This document shows, piece by piece, positions 45,156 to 58,269 of a stretch of DNA of 64,000 bases. Under the pieces are notes generated by a model that saw only the letters and a program-made list of their open reading frames with translations, had not been told where the DNA came from and ran no database searches. A program made the position numbers and the translations under genes. The stretch covers positions 434,001-498,000 of the forward strand of contig JAIVFI010000028.1 in NCBI GenBank assembly GCA_025558095.1. Direction: 5' to 3'. Source of the DNA: Hyaloraphidium curvatum SAG 235-1. Lineage: Eukaryota > Fungi > Monoblepharomycota. The first letter of the stretch is position 1. Every line of letters begins with the position of its first letter.

Positions 45156-45958
45156 TGTCGTCTGGTTCGGGGTTCGGAGAGTCGGTTGCTGTTTGGTTGC
45201 TGTCGAGTTCGATGGGGAGGCCAGGCCCGGTGAGCATCTACATATACGCGTCGCTCCGCCATGCGGATTTCGACGCGGGGCGCAGGGTTTCCGGGGAGAC
45301 GTTCCGGGCGCGTGGCGGAGCGGGGCGGAGCGCTGTGCTCCTTCCGTCGAAACCCGTCCGGCGCGGCCAGCTGTTGCTTGCAATCGCACTGGCTGGTCTC
45401 TAATGAGGGCATCACATAGACGAATAGAAAGTAGGATTCGTCCCCCGCTCGTTCGATGGCCGAGCATCCGTTGCTGGCGACGATTCGCGCGTTCTCCGTG
45501 CTCACTACCGGAGCATCTCGACCACGTCTCGAACATGATCTTCTCCGTCAGTTCCGCAGGCAGCCGAAAGAACGTTCCGCGATCCAGAGCTTCCACCGCG
45601 CGACCTCGAACACGTCGCCCATGAGCCCGCAATACCTTGACCCCCAGTGGCACCGCGCGCTAGAGCCGCCCACCACCGGAGCGCCGCCCAGGCTTCCAGG
45701 AACTCCGCATGGTTGGCGGCGGCGGCGACTTCGGGAGCCGAGTAGATGACGACGGAGTTTGGTGCAAAACGGTGCGTGAATCGGGCGTTCCTCAGGCGCG
45801 CAGCCCGCTGTTCCCGGTCCGGGGCCCCCGCGCGCGAGCATGCGCAGGAGCGCCACGTTCCCCGTCGCCGTGGCTACGAAGACTGGTTGCACGAACTGAA
45901 AGCGCAGGACGCTCGAAATGAGGTCGCGGTCGGGGAACATGGGTGAAACTGGTGCACG

Positions 45959-46813
45959 GTGCGCTCGTCCCGCGAGTCGCCCGACCATCACCCCAACTCT
46001 CCTCGCGAAATCCACGAGCGCTGGCCCTTGCTCTCCCTTCAGAGGACGAGGAAATGCCAACGAAATCTCGTCCCGTTTTGCCCTCAGAGCTCCTGGGACT
46101 GTTCGGGGCCGCACTTCCCTCCCGCCGGTTGGAGGCGCACGTTGCTCGAATTCTCCCTCGGGAACCGGGACACCTATGCCTGGGGTTCCCGCCTCCTATC
46201 TGCCAGCATCGAAGTCACGGTCACCAACGTGCATTCCCTCCTCTGTGCGGCCCTTTTGCCGAACACATGGGGCGTTGACGTGAGAAGCCCCCTGACGGTA
46301 GTGTTCCGCGGCATCAGGATCGAAGAGGTCGGATCGAGCGCCGTGTGCCGGTGCGCCAGGCTCATCGGAGATGTGGCGACGACGGTAGTTTTCGAGGACT
46401 CGGGGACCACGTCGCTGTTCTGCTACGCGGCCGTGGAGATCCTCCACCTGGTCTGCGAGTTCGGCCGCCTAAACCGGATCGTCTTTCGCATCTCGGAACC
46501 GAACTCTTGGTCCCTGTCGGAGGCGAGCAGGGTCTGGCGGACGACTATGTACGCCAAAGAGTGGCAGCTCCTGCCCGCCGTCGCCCTGCCGAGGACTGTG
46601 AGGAGGCTGAACGTCGAAATCTTGGGTAGGCCGTGCGGGGTGGAGAACTTCCTGGAGCTGGTAAGAGGACATCCCTGGCTCGAAGTGCGCATAAAGGTGG
46701 ACGAGGTGATCCTGCCGTGGCTCGCCGGGCCGTTCCGAGGGGTGGCGGGGCAGATCAGGGCCGTGGAAAGTCCTGCTGGCGACCGTGTCGTAGACATGCT
46801 CGGGCTCCAGTGA
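45959..46813 (+). CDS. Hypothetical protein
   Basis: 284-aa ORF whose C-terminal two-thirds has globular composition. No recognised motif and the start is unclear. Confidence 0.4.
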   Translation: MRSSRESPDHHPNSPREIHERWPLLSLQRTRKCQRNLVPFCPQSSWDCSGPHFPPAGWRRTLLEFSLGNRDTYAWGSRLLSASIEVTVTNVHSLLCAALLPNTWGVDVRSPLTVVFRGIRIEEVGSSAVCRCARLIGDVATTVVFEDSGTTSLFCYAAVEILHLVCEFGRLNRIVFRISEPNSWSLSEASRVWRTTMYAKEWQLLPAVALPRTVRRLNVEILGRPCGVENFLELVRGHPWLEVRIKVDEVILPWLAGPFRGVAGQIRAVESPAGDRVVDMLGLQ

Positions 46814-46860
46814 CATAGAGACGTATCTTGTTGTTCCAAATCTGTACACGCAGCAAACGC

Positions 46861-49800
46861 CTAGCGAGGATCGCCCTTCCGCCGCCTGGAGCGAGAGTCA
46901 GTTCGCCGTCGGCGAGCAAACCCACAGCACACTCACCGGTAGACGAACACGGCCGTCGTAAAGACGTTGAACACCGTGAAGGCGAGGAGGATACCGTAGT
47001 TGCGCCACGTGTTGCCGGAACTCCAGCTCAGCTGCAGCTCCAGGTAGGCGTCGCCCGTGGCGACGGGGCAGTACAGGCAGCCCGAGGTCGCCGAGGGGTT
47101 TTCCAGGTAGCCCGGGGCCGTGGGCAGGAACCCGGCGGACCATTGCCCGCAAGTCAGCCCTGGCGGGGGGTTGTAGCTCACGAACTCGTTGGGAGCACAG
47201 GTGACAATGAGGCCGCCGAGCTGGGAGCCCAAAGCACCCTCCAAATAGTAGTGGTAAACGCTTTGCGGGATATCAGGGCGATGTAGAAGGAGGCAGGGCG
47301 TGATGAACGCACCTCAACCAGTAGATCCAACTAGACCAGAACACGGGCTGAAGAGGACATGTGTGACCAACAAACAATGATACTAAGCGAAAAAGGACGC
47401 ACCATGGCCGAGACAGGGATGGTGATACCGGCAAACAAGCTCATAATGGATGTGACGATCGGGTTGATAATGGCTGCAGGGGTTGTCCAGCCTCGTCAGC
47501 TCGACATCAAGAGGGAGGAGCGCCTTACCCACCGGCCACCTTGATGTTCGGCGAGAACGCAGCGATGCTCTGACCGAGAGTGACGCAGAAGAACGTGAAG
47601 GTGATGTAGAGGAGGAAGAAATAGGCGGCTTGGCCACCCAGAGGAAGTCCGACCTGAGGCATTTGCCCGTTAGGCCAAGCAAGAATTAGAGAGGAAGGAT
47701 CACGAACCAAGAAGTAGAACGGGATGTAGAAGCAGACGGCCGAAAGGAAAGCGAACGGAAGCTCCGCGGCCAGGATGGCGATGAAGAAGCTCCTCCAGCT
47801 GTAGAACCCGCTACCGACCTCGCGGTTGAACCACTTGCGCTCCTCGATGAGACTGGGCTGCACCTGACTGATGACGAGGGCTCCAAGCGTGCAGGTCTGG
47901 AAGAGCGCAAACATGCGGTTCTGCAGGCCAGCGTAGGTGTCGGGCACCCGGAAGAAGGTCAGGCCCAGGATGAGGCCGGTGGCGAACTGCATGACGGCGC
48001 GTCCGACGTTGTAGTTTGGTTGGCGCTGCGAATGCCCGAGTGGGTCAGCCAGAGCCCGAGCCCGTCGTCGAAGGCCACCCACGTAGTAGTTCACCAGCAT
48101 GCGCTCCGTAACTATGGCCGTTTCCTTGGGGTTCCGGCTGCCGTCCGTGACGTGTCCCGCGGCCTTCATCGTGCCGTCGTTGCCCGAGCGCAGCTTCTCG
48201 ATCTCAGCCTCGATCACACCCTTCTCCGGCGCCGCGTTCCAGGCGTCGACCCACTCGTCCTGCCCCTTCATCTTCGGAGACGCCGAGCCCTCGCGCCCGT
48301 TGATGGCGTCCAGGATGTACTCGGCCGGGTTGCCCTGCTCGTCCAGCTTCGGGCAGCCGTAGCGCTCAAAGTAGGAGAGCAGCGTGTTCGAGTGGTCGCC
48401 AATCGCGCCGAAGTAGATCGTCCGGCCGCCGCGACCGAGGAGGAGCAGGTCGTCGAAATACTCGAAGAGGACGGCAGAAGGCTGGTGGACTGGAGAGCAA
48501 AATGGTCAGCAACGCAATCGGCATAGGCAAGCAATTGACGCACTTGTGCAGATGACGGCCTGACCGCGCTTTGTCAGCTTCTTGATCAGGCGGACGATGG
48601 AGTAGGACGCGGTGGAATCCAAGCCGGACGTCGGCTCTGCAGGGAGAAGAATTCAGATTGAGGCGCAGCCACGAACAGAGAGGAGCCCACCATCGAGGAA
48701 AAGGATCTCGGGCTTCGCCACCAGCTCGACCGCGATGGTGAGCCTCTTCCGCTCCTCGACCGAAATGCCCAGGCCCGACTCGGTGGTCCCGATCATGGCG
48801 TCGCCGATGCTGCGCATTTCGAGGAGGTCGATCACCTCCTCGACCCACTTGAGCTTCTCCGCCTTGCTGATCTCGGGCGGCTGCCGCAGCTCCGCCGAAA
48901 ACACCAGCGCCTCGCGAACCGTCTGTGTCGGCATGTGCACGTCCATCTGCTCCGCGTAGCCCGTGATCTGCTTGAAGTCGGGGCCCTGCGGCGACGAGCC
49001 GAGGTAGACCTCGCCTTCGACCTTGCCAATTGTCTTGCGCTGCGCCAGCACGTCCAGGAGCGTGGTCTTGCCAGCACCGGAGCTGCCCATCAGGGCGACC
49101 ATCCTGCCGGGAACGACGTAGCCGGCCACGTTCTGCAGGAGCTGGCGCTGCCCTTTCTGCACGGGGACGAAGTAGTTGAGGTGCATCCAGGTAAAGGGCC
49201 GGCCGTGGAACATCTGGACGTCCTCGTCGGCGGCGGCGGCCTGCACGCCCTTGCCGTCGACCTGGACGACGGTGGCGGCCGGTGTGGGCACGACAGCGGC
49301 CTTCTTCTTGCGCAGCTTCTGCTTCTTGTAGACGTTGACCGAGATGCCGCCCTTGCCGTACTCGATGAGCTCGGTGCCGAGCATGGCCAGGAAGGTGAAA
49401 CCGATGAAGAAGACTGGGCGGGCGGTGAGCTTCGCTGGGCAGCGCAGGGACAAGCGGGACCTACCGGCGAGGGCCAAGACGTTGATCCACAGGTGCCCCA
49501 TGTCGCCGAACCGCGCGTTGAGGTAGTCCTGCCCCGACACGTAGTCCTGGCCCGGCACGGCGCCCGGGATGGTGCACGTCTGGTACGCGAGCGAGGCGTT
49601 CGGGTACGGGGGGATGAGCGTCGACCCGGAACAGTAGAAGTTCTGCCCGACGAATTCGTTGAGCGCCAGCGCCTTGTACCCGTAGGCCAGCGGGTTGACC
49701 CAGACGATCCACCCGAACCAGGGCGGCATCTGGTTGAACGGGATCAGATACCCGTTGTAGACGAGGAACAGGATCATGATAATGCCGGCGGCGCGGTTGG

Positions 49801-52218
49801 CGCTGTTGAGGTCCACGGAGTAGGTGCCCATCATGCGGCAGAAGGCCGCGAACGAGACGTAGGACAGGAACAGCACGAAGTAGAAGATGCCAAAGTGCAC
49901 GCCGCGGTCCGTCATGTTGAGGCCGACCATGAAGTAGAAGATGACGGTGAAGAAGAGGATCTGGACCAGCTTGATCGGGATGTCCCAGACGACCTTGGCG
50001 AAGTAGTAGATCATGGGCTGGTACAGCACGAAGCTCTTGTGCTTGTAGAGCACCTGGCGGCCGTCCATGGTCCCGGGGATCTCGGACTGCGCGGCCAGCG
50101 AGTTGAACAGGAGGGCAAAGAAGAGGACACCGCCGCGGGAGAAGGCGCCCGTGCCGGTGAAAGGCAGCTGGAAGTAGACCGAACCGACTGGTAGGAACCG
50201 TCCGTTAGTGGGAAACAGCGGACGCCCCGGCGAACCCACCGATGATGGCCATCATGGTGTTGAACACCGTCCTGAAAATCACCTCCTGCTTCCCTCCCCA
50301 CAGCAGCTGCCCCTCGCGGATGAGGCAAGCGACGAGCTGCTCCCCGTAGGTGGTCGAGTAGGTGCTCGCGACCTTGGTCTTGCCGCTCGTCTCCTTGTAG
50401 ACCCCGTACGCCTCGTCGAACTCCTTTGCCGCCGCCGCCCCCGCGGCGTCGTGCTCCGACATCTCGGACATCATCGCCGCGCACTCGGGCGACGCCAGCC
50501 AGCGGGCCTCGAACTCGGCGGGGGTCTTGGGCACCGAGCCCTCCATCCCCGGCCGGATGACCTGCTCCGCGGGGACCGTGACCCCCGTGAGGAAGTCGGG
50601 GGTGGTGGCCCGCGGCGGGCAGACGAAGCCCATGCGCTCGAAGTAGGCCTTGGCCTCCTCGGTGGGGCCGCAGTAGATGCAGCGGCCGCCGGCGATGAGG
50701 ATGACGCGGTGGAACTTTTCGTACACGGCCTCCGAGGCCTGGTAGAGCGAGGCGAAGATGGTCTTGCCGAGGTAGTCGCACGACAGCCGGAGCGCCGAGA
50801 CGAAGTCGAGCGCCGAGGCCGAGTCGAGGCCCTTGGTCGAGCCGTCGTAGAAGCCGATGGTGGAGCCCACGAGGAACTGCTCGGCGATGGAGACTCGCTT
50901 GCGCTCGCCGCCCGAGACGCCGCGCACGTAGGCGTTGCCGACGATGGTGTTGGCGGCCTTGGTGAGGCCGAGGACACGCATGACGATGTCGACGATGCGG
51001 CGGCGCACGTCGGCCGTCGTGGCGTTGTCCGTGTACGGGACACCCGACTCGCCGACTTTAATGGAAGGGGGAATCGTCAGTTGAGGAGAAGAGAAAGGCA
51101 CGCCAACGTCAACCCACTCCGACACCGAAGAGCAAAGTCAAGCGTCTGCCTGACTGTCAGCGTCGCGTAGTGGTAATCGTCCTCGCCCGAGTAGCTCAGC
51201 TGCCCCTTGTACTTGTGAAGGAAGTCCTTGAGCTCCACGCCGGCGATCTTGATCTCGCCCGTGACCGACTTGAAGAACTTGTGCTGCCCGGCCAGCGCGC
51301 GCAGGAAGGTGGAGCAGCCCGAGCCGGGCTTGCCGAGGACCAGGGCCATCTCCTGCGCGCCAACGAAGCCGGTGAAGTTCTGCAGGAGTGGCCCGGGCGG
51401 GGGGCCCTCGGGCGGTTTGAGGGCCTGGGCGATCTTGTAGCACGAGAACATGGCCTAAACGCGGGGGGAGACCGGAGATAAGCAATTCGGTGTGAAAGAC
51501 GTCGCAAATTAGTGGAACCCACATTGACGACGGTGCTGATCTCGCGCCCGCTGAGGTCGATCCCCTGGACGGCCAGCCCCTTCCAGACCACGCCGCCGCG
51601 CCGCTGCGCGTCCGTCAGCCCCACGGCCGACATGCGCTCCCTGCGCATCTGGGCCATCTTGCCCAACACGTACTCGAAGTCGAAGGCGGGGTCGGCGGGG
51701 TCGAGCCGCGCGTCGGCGTCGCCGGCGGTGCGCTCGGCCAGGGCCAGGATGTCTGCGTACGACGGGTTGCGCGAGGCGATCGCCTTCATCGAGTTGTCCT
51801 GCTGCGAGGCGAGGCCCACGGCCTGCATGGCCAGGTCGGTCAGGCCCTCGGCCACGCCCGGGGTCGGCTCGAAGTTGACGACGGTCTTCCGCCGGGTGAG
51901 CGTCTTCGCGGCGTCGGTCGGAGCCGCGGAAATTGTCGACGGGTTTGTGGCGGCGGTCGACGCGGCCTGGGCCACGGGAGGGGGCAGAGGCGTCGCGGGG
52001 GAGACGAGCCCGGAGGACGCGCCGTTGGCCAGGCCCGCCGCGGCAGCCGTCTCGGCCGGCGCCGTCGCGGCAGCCGCCGCCACGGAGGTCGCCGGCGCGG
52101 TGACGGCGCGCATCTCGATGGGCTCCGCGGCCGACCCCGCGACGACCACGCCGGGCACCCAGTCCCCCGTCGACTCGTCCCACACCTTCGGCCCCGCGTC
52201 CGCGTCTGGCTCCGCCAT
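46861..52218 (-). CDS. Pleiotropic drug resistance (PDR, ABCG full-size) transporter, multi-intron
   Basis: NBD1 LGKPGSGCSTFL and VSGGERKRVSIAE. NBD2 MGSSGAGKTTLL, SVEERKRLTIAVEL and LFLD|EPTSGLDS. Two TMDs with PDR extracellular Cys loops. Confidence 0.96.
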
Positions 52219-52632
52219 CGCCCGCGGTGCGAAGGAAATTTCGCGTCCGGCTGGGAACGCCGCAGGCAGACGGACTGCTCGCGAGTGGAAGCGGGAAGTG
52301 AAGCCCTGCTGTCCCCGAGGCCGCCCGCAGCCGCAGTCAACGACATCCCTGAACCCTCGGCCACGCGACTTTAGGCCGTGGACAGCCACCAGCGCATCAG
52401 AATGACAGACAACGGATCGACAATCCTAAAGCAGCCCAGCTCCGGAGTGTCTTTCGCCCACATGTTATCTCCGCCCCCCCCCATTTCGCCGCTGTCACCC
52501 CGGTGGCCGCACCTCGAGCTCCGGCCCGAAACGCCCGAGAAAATCCACGCCCACCATCCAGCCAGCACATTTGATGCAGACCGAAAGTCGTCTGGCGCGT
52601 TCTGGGCTCCGCCTATCACCTATCTCCCCTCA

Positions 52633-53025
52633 TCAAAACCGCCGAGCGATCAGGTCCACCTCAACCAGCGCCCCCTTGGCCAATCCTGTCACCCCGATGC
52701 ACGTCCTGGCCGGCAGCTTCCCCTCGGCAAAGAAAGACTTGTAGGTCTCGTTGAAAGCAGCGTAGTCCCTGTCAAACTCTTTCAGATAGGCCCTCGCCAT
52801 CGTGACGTTCGCGAGTGTCAACCCGCCCAGCCCCGCCAGCACAATCTCCAGGTTCTTCATGACCCGCACCGTCTGTTTCTCGATGCCCTCCGGCAATGGA
52901 GCGTCCGGCTGGCCGGGGAGCGTGGGCATCTGGCCGGTGATGAAAATCCAACCGCCCGCCTCGGTGGCGTGGCTGAAAGTGGCCACGGGCTCCGGAGCGC
53001 CGGAGATCATGTAGAATTCGATCAT
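52633..53025 (-). CDS. RidA/YjgF/UK114 family enamine deaminase, intronless
   Basis: FSHA..IFITGQMP..QTVRVMKNL..FNETY..LPARTCIGVTGLAKGALVEVD. Confidence 0.93.
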   Translation of the reverse strand: MIEFYMISGAPEPVATFSHATEAGGWIFITGQMPTLPGQPDAPLPEGIEKQTVRVMKNLEIVLAGLGGLTLANVTMARAYLKEFDRDYAAFNETYKSFFAEGKLPARTCIGVTGLAKGALVEVDLIARRF

Positions 53026-53236
53026 ATCGACGGGAACCGGGCGATTCTAAGGCCAGCGAGGGCGAAAGCGACTCCGATAGCGCGATCGGTTCTGAGTTCG
53101 ATCGCCGACGCGCGCGCCCGTCGGGCCGACTCTTGCCCTTGCGTTTTCCTGCTGTGCCTCCGTTCCGGGCTCTTTTTCCGTCCAGCAGTGTTGCTGGACG
53201 AGCTCCGATTCGCGTCTCCCCGGGCCCCGCGGAACA

Positions 53237-54004
53237 ATGCCCTCCGAGGTCCACATCCTCCCCATCTCGACGCTCTTTCACGCCATCGCCGCGCGGCACG
53301 GCCCCGAAAGCGCGACGGAGCGGATCGCGCCCGTGCTCCGCCGGTTCGCGGCCGAGGTGCACGAGCACTGGACGGCCGAATTCTCCGGGTTCGGCCTGGA
53401 TACGCCGGAATCGCTTGCCGACGAGTACATCGGCCCTTGCTGCAAGGCGTTGCCCGCCCCAGAGTGCACGCCACAGATGTGCGCCGCCCTCCTGCTCGGC
53501 ACCGACACACCGACGAAGGACTCGATAGTGGAGCATCCCTTTCTCGCAGCAGACCTCCCCGCCTCCCTCCTGGACCTCGACCCCGCCTCGTGCACCCTGG
53601 TCGGCACCGCCCTCCTGGACGTCGAGGACCTCAGCCCCCGCCCTGGCCTCCCCCGGCCCACGCACCCTTATGAGGCGGTCTCTCCGTGGCTCAACACCGT
53701 CTACGTGTCCCCGGGGCACCGCGGGCTCGGCCTGGCGGACAGGCTGGTCCGGTACGCGTGCCGCATGGCGAGGGAGGCGATGGGGATGCGGTGGTTGTGG
53801 CTTTACACGGATGTGGACGGGGAGTTCGGGATGACGAAATTCTATGAGGGGAGGGGGTTCAAGATGGTCGAGACGTTCGAAGTGCCGTGGTTGGGCAAGG
53901 TGAAAGGGGGGGAGTGCTCGGCGGCTGCGATCATGCGGGCTGATTGGGGGTGGAACGACCCCGAGGGCGGGGACGACGAGGAGGGCATGATCAACGGGGC
54001 ATAA
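53237..54004 (+). CDS. GNAT-family acetyltransferase
   Basis: PWLNTVYVSPGHRGLGLADRL, LWLYT and FYEGRGF. Confidence 0.85.
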   Translation: MPSEVHILPISTLFHAIAARHGPESATERIAPVLRRFAAEVHEHWTAEFSGFGLDTPESLADEYIGPCCKALPAPECTPQMCAALLLGTDTPTKDSIVEHPFLAADLPASLLDLDPASCTLVGTALLDVEDLSPRPGLPRPTHPYEAVSPWLNTVYVSPGHRGLGLADRLVRYACRMAREAMGMRWLWLYTDVDGEFGMTKFYEGRGFKMVETFEVPWLGKVKGGECSAAAIMRADWGWNDPEGGDDEEGMINGA

Positions 54005-54395
54005 GCTGGGATTGGAGCGTCGGCTGGGATTGGCGCTTCGACCCGCCGGAAGGGGCGCTGGCGGGGCTTGCTGCGATGCTCGAGCCGGATACCATCATCT
54101 ACAACACGGGCTTGTGGGTCTCGTACGCCTTCAACGACGTGGTGAGGGCCTGTCGTTGGGAGCACGGACGGCGGTTGAGAAGGGACGGGTGGAAAAGCGC
54201 AAGCTCTTTTGGAACAAGCGCCATTTCATGCCCGGCGTTCATCGTGCCTTCAATGAGGTGCTCCTGAGGGAGGTAGTTGCTGCCGATTGGGGGGTCGGGC
54301 AACGTGGGGCATGTTGAGCTTGCAACATCGCGAGATGGATGCCGTGCAGCTTCTCTTTCTTTAGATTGTTACTCCTGGTTTGGGCAATCTGCTAA

Positions 54396-56178
<1,783 letters not shown>

Positions 56179-56335
56179 TGCGGGACATTTGGAGACCCAG
56201 GGAATCGGACAGGAATTGACTTCTGGCATTACTGTCGATTGTGGAGTACCCCTATGACGTTCTGCGCTAGATGCTAGACGTACTCTAGACTCTAGTAGAT
56301 TCTTTGCCACAAGACCAAGTTCTCATTTTCCACGC

Positions 56336-58225
56336 CTAGTGCCTGTTCGCGAAGTCGCGGTACGTCCTGATCAGGGCAACCCTTTCCTCCGGCGTCGGCG
56401 CGCCGTCCAAGGCGACAACCTCCGCGGCTGCGGCCTCGCCCCCCTCTGAGTGGAAGTTCGCCACGTAGCTGTCCCAGAGCCCGACAAGGACCCGGCAGGC
56501 ATCCGCGGCGTTGCTGCAAGGATGCGTCAGCGCCGTCAGTGGTGACAGCCCGTCGGAGAGACCCACCTTCGCAGCTGCTGGAGATTCGAGGTGTCGATGA
56601 GCTGCCGGACGTCCTGCACCGTCATCCGCGAGAAGCGGCTTGTGAACTGGCCCAGCTTCATGATTAGCTGGAACTTCATTGTCGTGCACGCGCCCAGGAC
56701 GATCCGGTGCGCCTTTTCCTGGACGCCTTTGGCGATGTCGCTAGCCGCCTGCAATCAATATCAGCTACCGCGGTGCACCCCGGGGGAGCAAGCGACGGAA
56801 GGCAACAAACCGACGGAGTGTCGCGCATCAGGGAGGCCAGCCGCGTCTCATTGACCGTTCTCTTGTTCGCCTTCTTCGCCCCCCGTGCTCGATTGAACGT
56901 TTTGCCAAGGATGGTGTTCGTCTCCTGATCCAGCTTCATGCTGAGCTCCCTTCGCAGGGTCGCAAGAGTCGTCCACGCGTTGTTTGTCCACGTGGTCCGG
57001 AGATCATCGACGAAGCGGGCTCGCTCGTCCTTCAGAATCCGCGTGGCCAGCTGCGTCTGATCCTCGTCAGCATCGTCGAGGTCCAGGTTGTCGAAGTCGT
57101 CCTTGATGATCTCGGTGATTGACGTGACGGGAGCATTGTCGGCCCGGGCCGCCCTGCTGCGTCGCGAGGACCCCGCAGGGGAGTCGTTCAGCTTCTCCGC
57201 GAGGAAAGACTCCATGACGGTGTCGAAGCGCTTCGCAATATCGTGTGCGATGCCTTCCACGAGCAGGTTCTGAAGCGGTGCAACTGAGAAGGAAGTGGCG
57301 TTGTTGGCGGCCCAACCGCCCTGCGTTGGAATTGGATCCTTGCGCAGATCCCAGCCAGCGCTTTAGAGCCCTTTTTCAGGTCTGCCAGTAGGACGATCAG
57401 GGTGAGAACACGACAAGTAGCCCTGGGACCGGCACGAAACGGACATTTCTCACGTAGGTCCTTGCACTCGGCTCCCATCATTCGGCGCTCACTGCACTCC
57501 AAGGCAATCGACTTGACGATCTCCTTGATGGAATCCGGGTTCCAAATCAAGGAGAGGTTATTCTGGACCAGCTCTGCATATTGCCGTTTGGCTTCCGGCT
57601 TGTCCCACTGACACAAATGGAGTGAGGATCCCACAATGTGGGCGCAGATCAAAGAACACGCACCCGCTGCGAAAAGTCTTTGATGTAAAAGAGAACCGCT
57701 TGGAGGGTATCCTCGGCATCCAGGCTGGCAAAACTCTGCAGCAGGCGGGCCACAGACGAGAGTTCCGTCAGGAGCCGGACTTGGTGGTTCTGAAGAAGCG
57801 GAGTTAATCTTTCAGCTGGCTTTCGGATGTTCAAGAGGTGCTTCCCACCTGAGCCTTCCTTCGCCACTGCTGAGCGGTTTCCTCGCTGACGATTTCGGCC
57901 AGCTCGGTCACAGTACGTTGCTGTGGGTTGTTCAAGAGCACATTCGCAGCCACTGGCACAATGCGCGAGACGACAGCATCTTGCCGCCGCTTCTGCTCGT
58001 CCTCCGAAAGCCTCAGAGCTCGAGACGCGACGCCGCTCCCGCTGTCCTTGACCAAAACCTCCGTGAGGAAACCCCGATGGAGGTTCACGGGTGCACGCGG
58101 GCCCAGGAAGGGACGCGGTGGCGCGCGGGGAGACGCACGGATAGGAGGCGTCCCCAACACGCTACGCCTGGAACAAGGTTCAAGAGTACCGCGGTAGGCT
58201 CTAGTGTAGATCGTCTGTCTGTCCA
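56336..58225 (-). CDS. Multi-exon hypothetical helical protein
   Basis: A chain of protein-like ORF segments separated by GT..AG gaps. No family recognised and the ends are approximate. Confidence 0.45.
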
Positions 58226-58269
58226 TCACCGTCACCACGTTCCAGTTCCACCTCGCAAGAGCGCACGAA

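Noticed and set aside
11385-45415. The six dispersed ~1.2-kb repeats as transposable elements
   Set aside because: No terminal inverted repeats, LTRs, target-site duplications or transposase/RT were seen. They are intact intron-containing genes with promoter and UTR.
45420-46114. Minus-strand segments with ankyrin-like (VFVATATGNVALLRML) and F-box-like (FFRLPAELTEKIMF) words
   Set aside because: They lie in different frames with no convincing splice path, so they are too weak to call. A decayed gene is possible.
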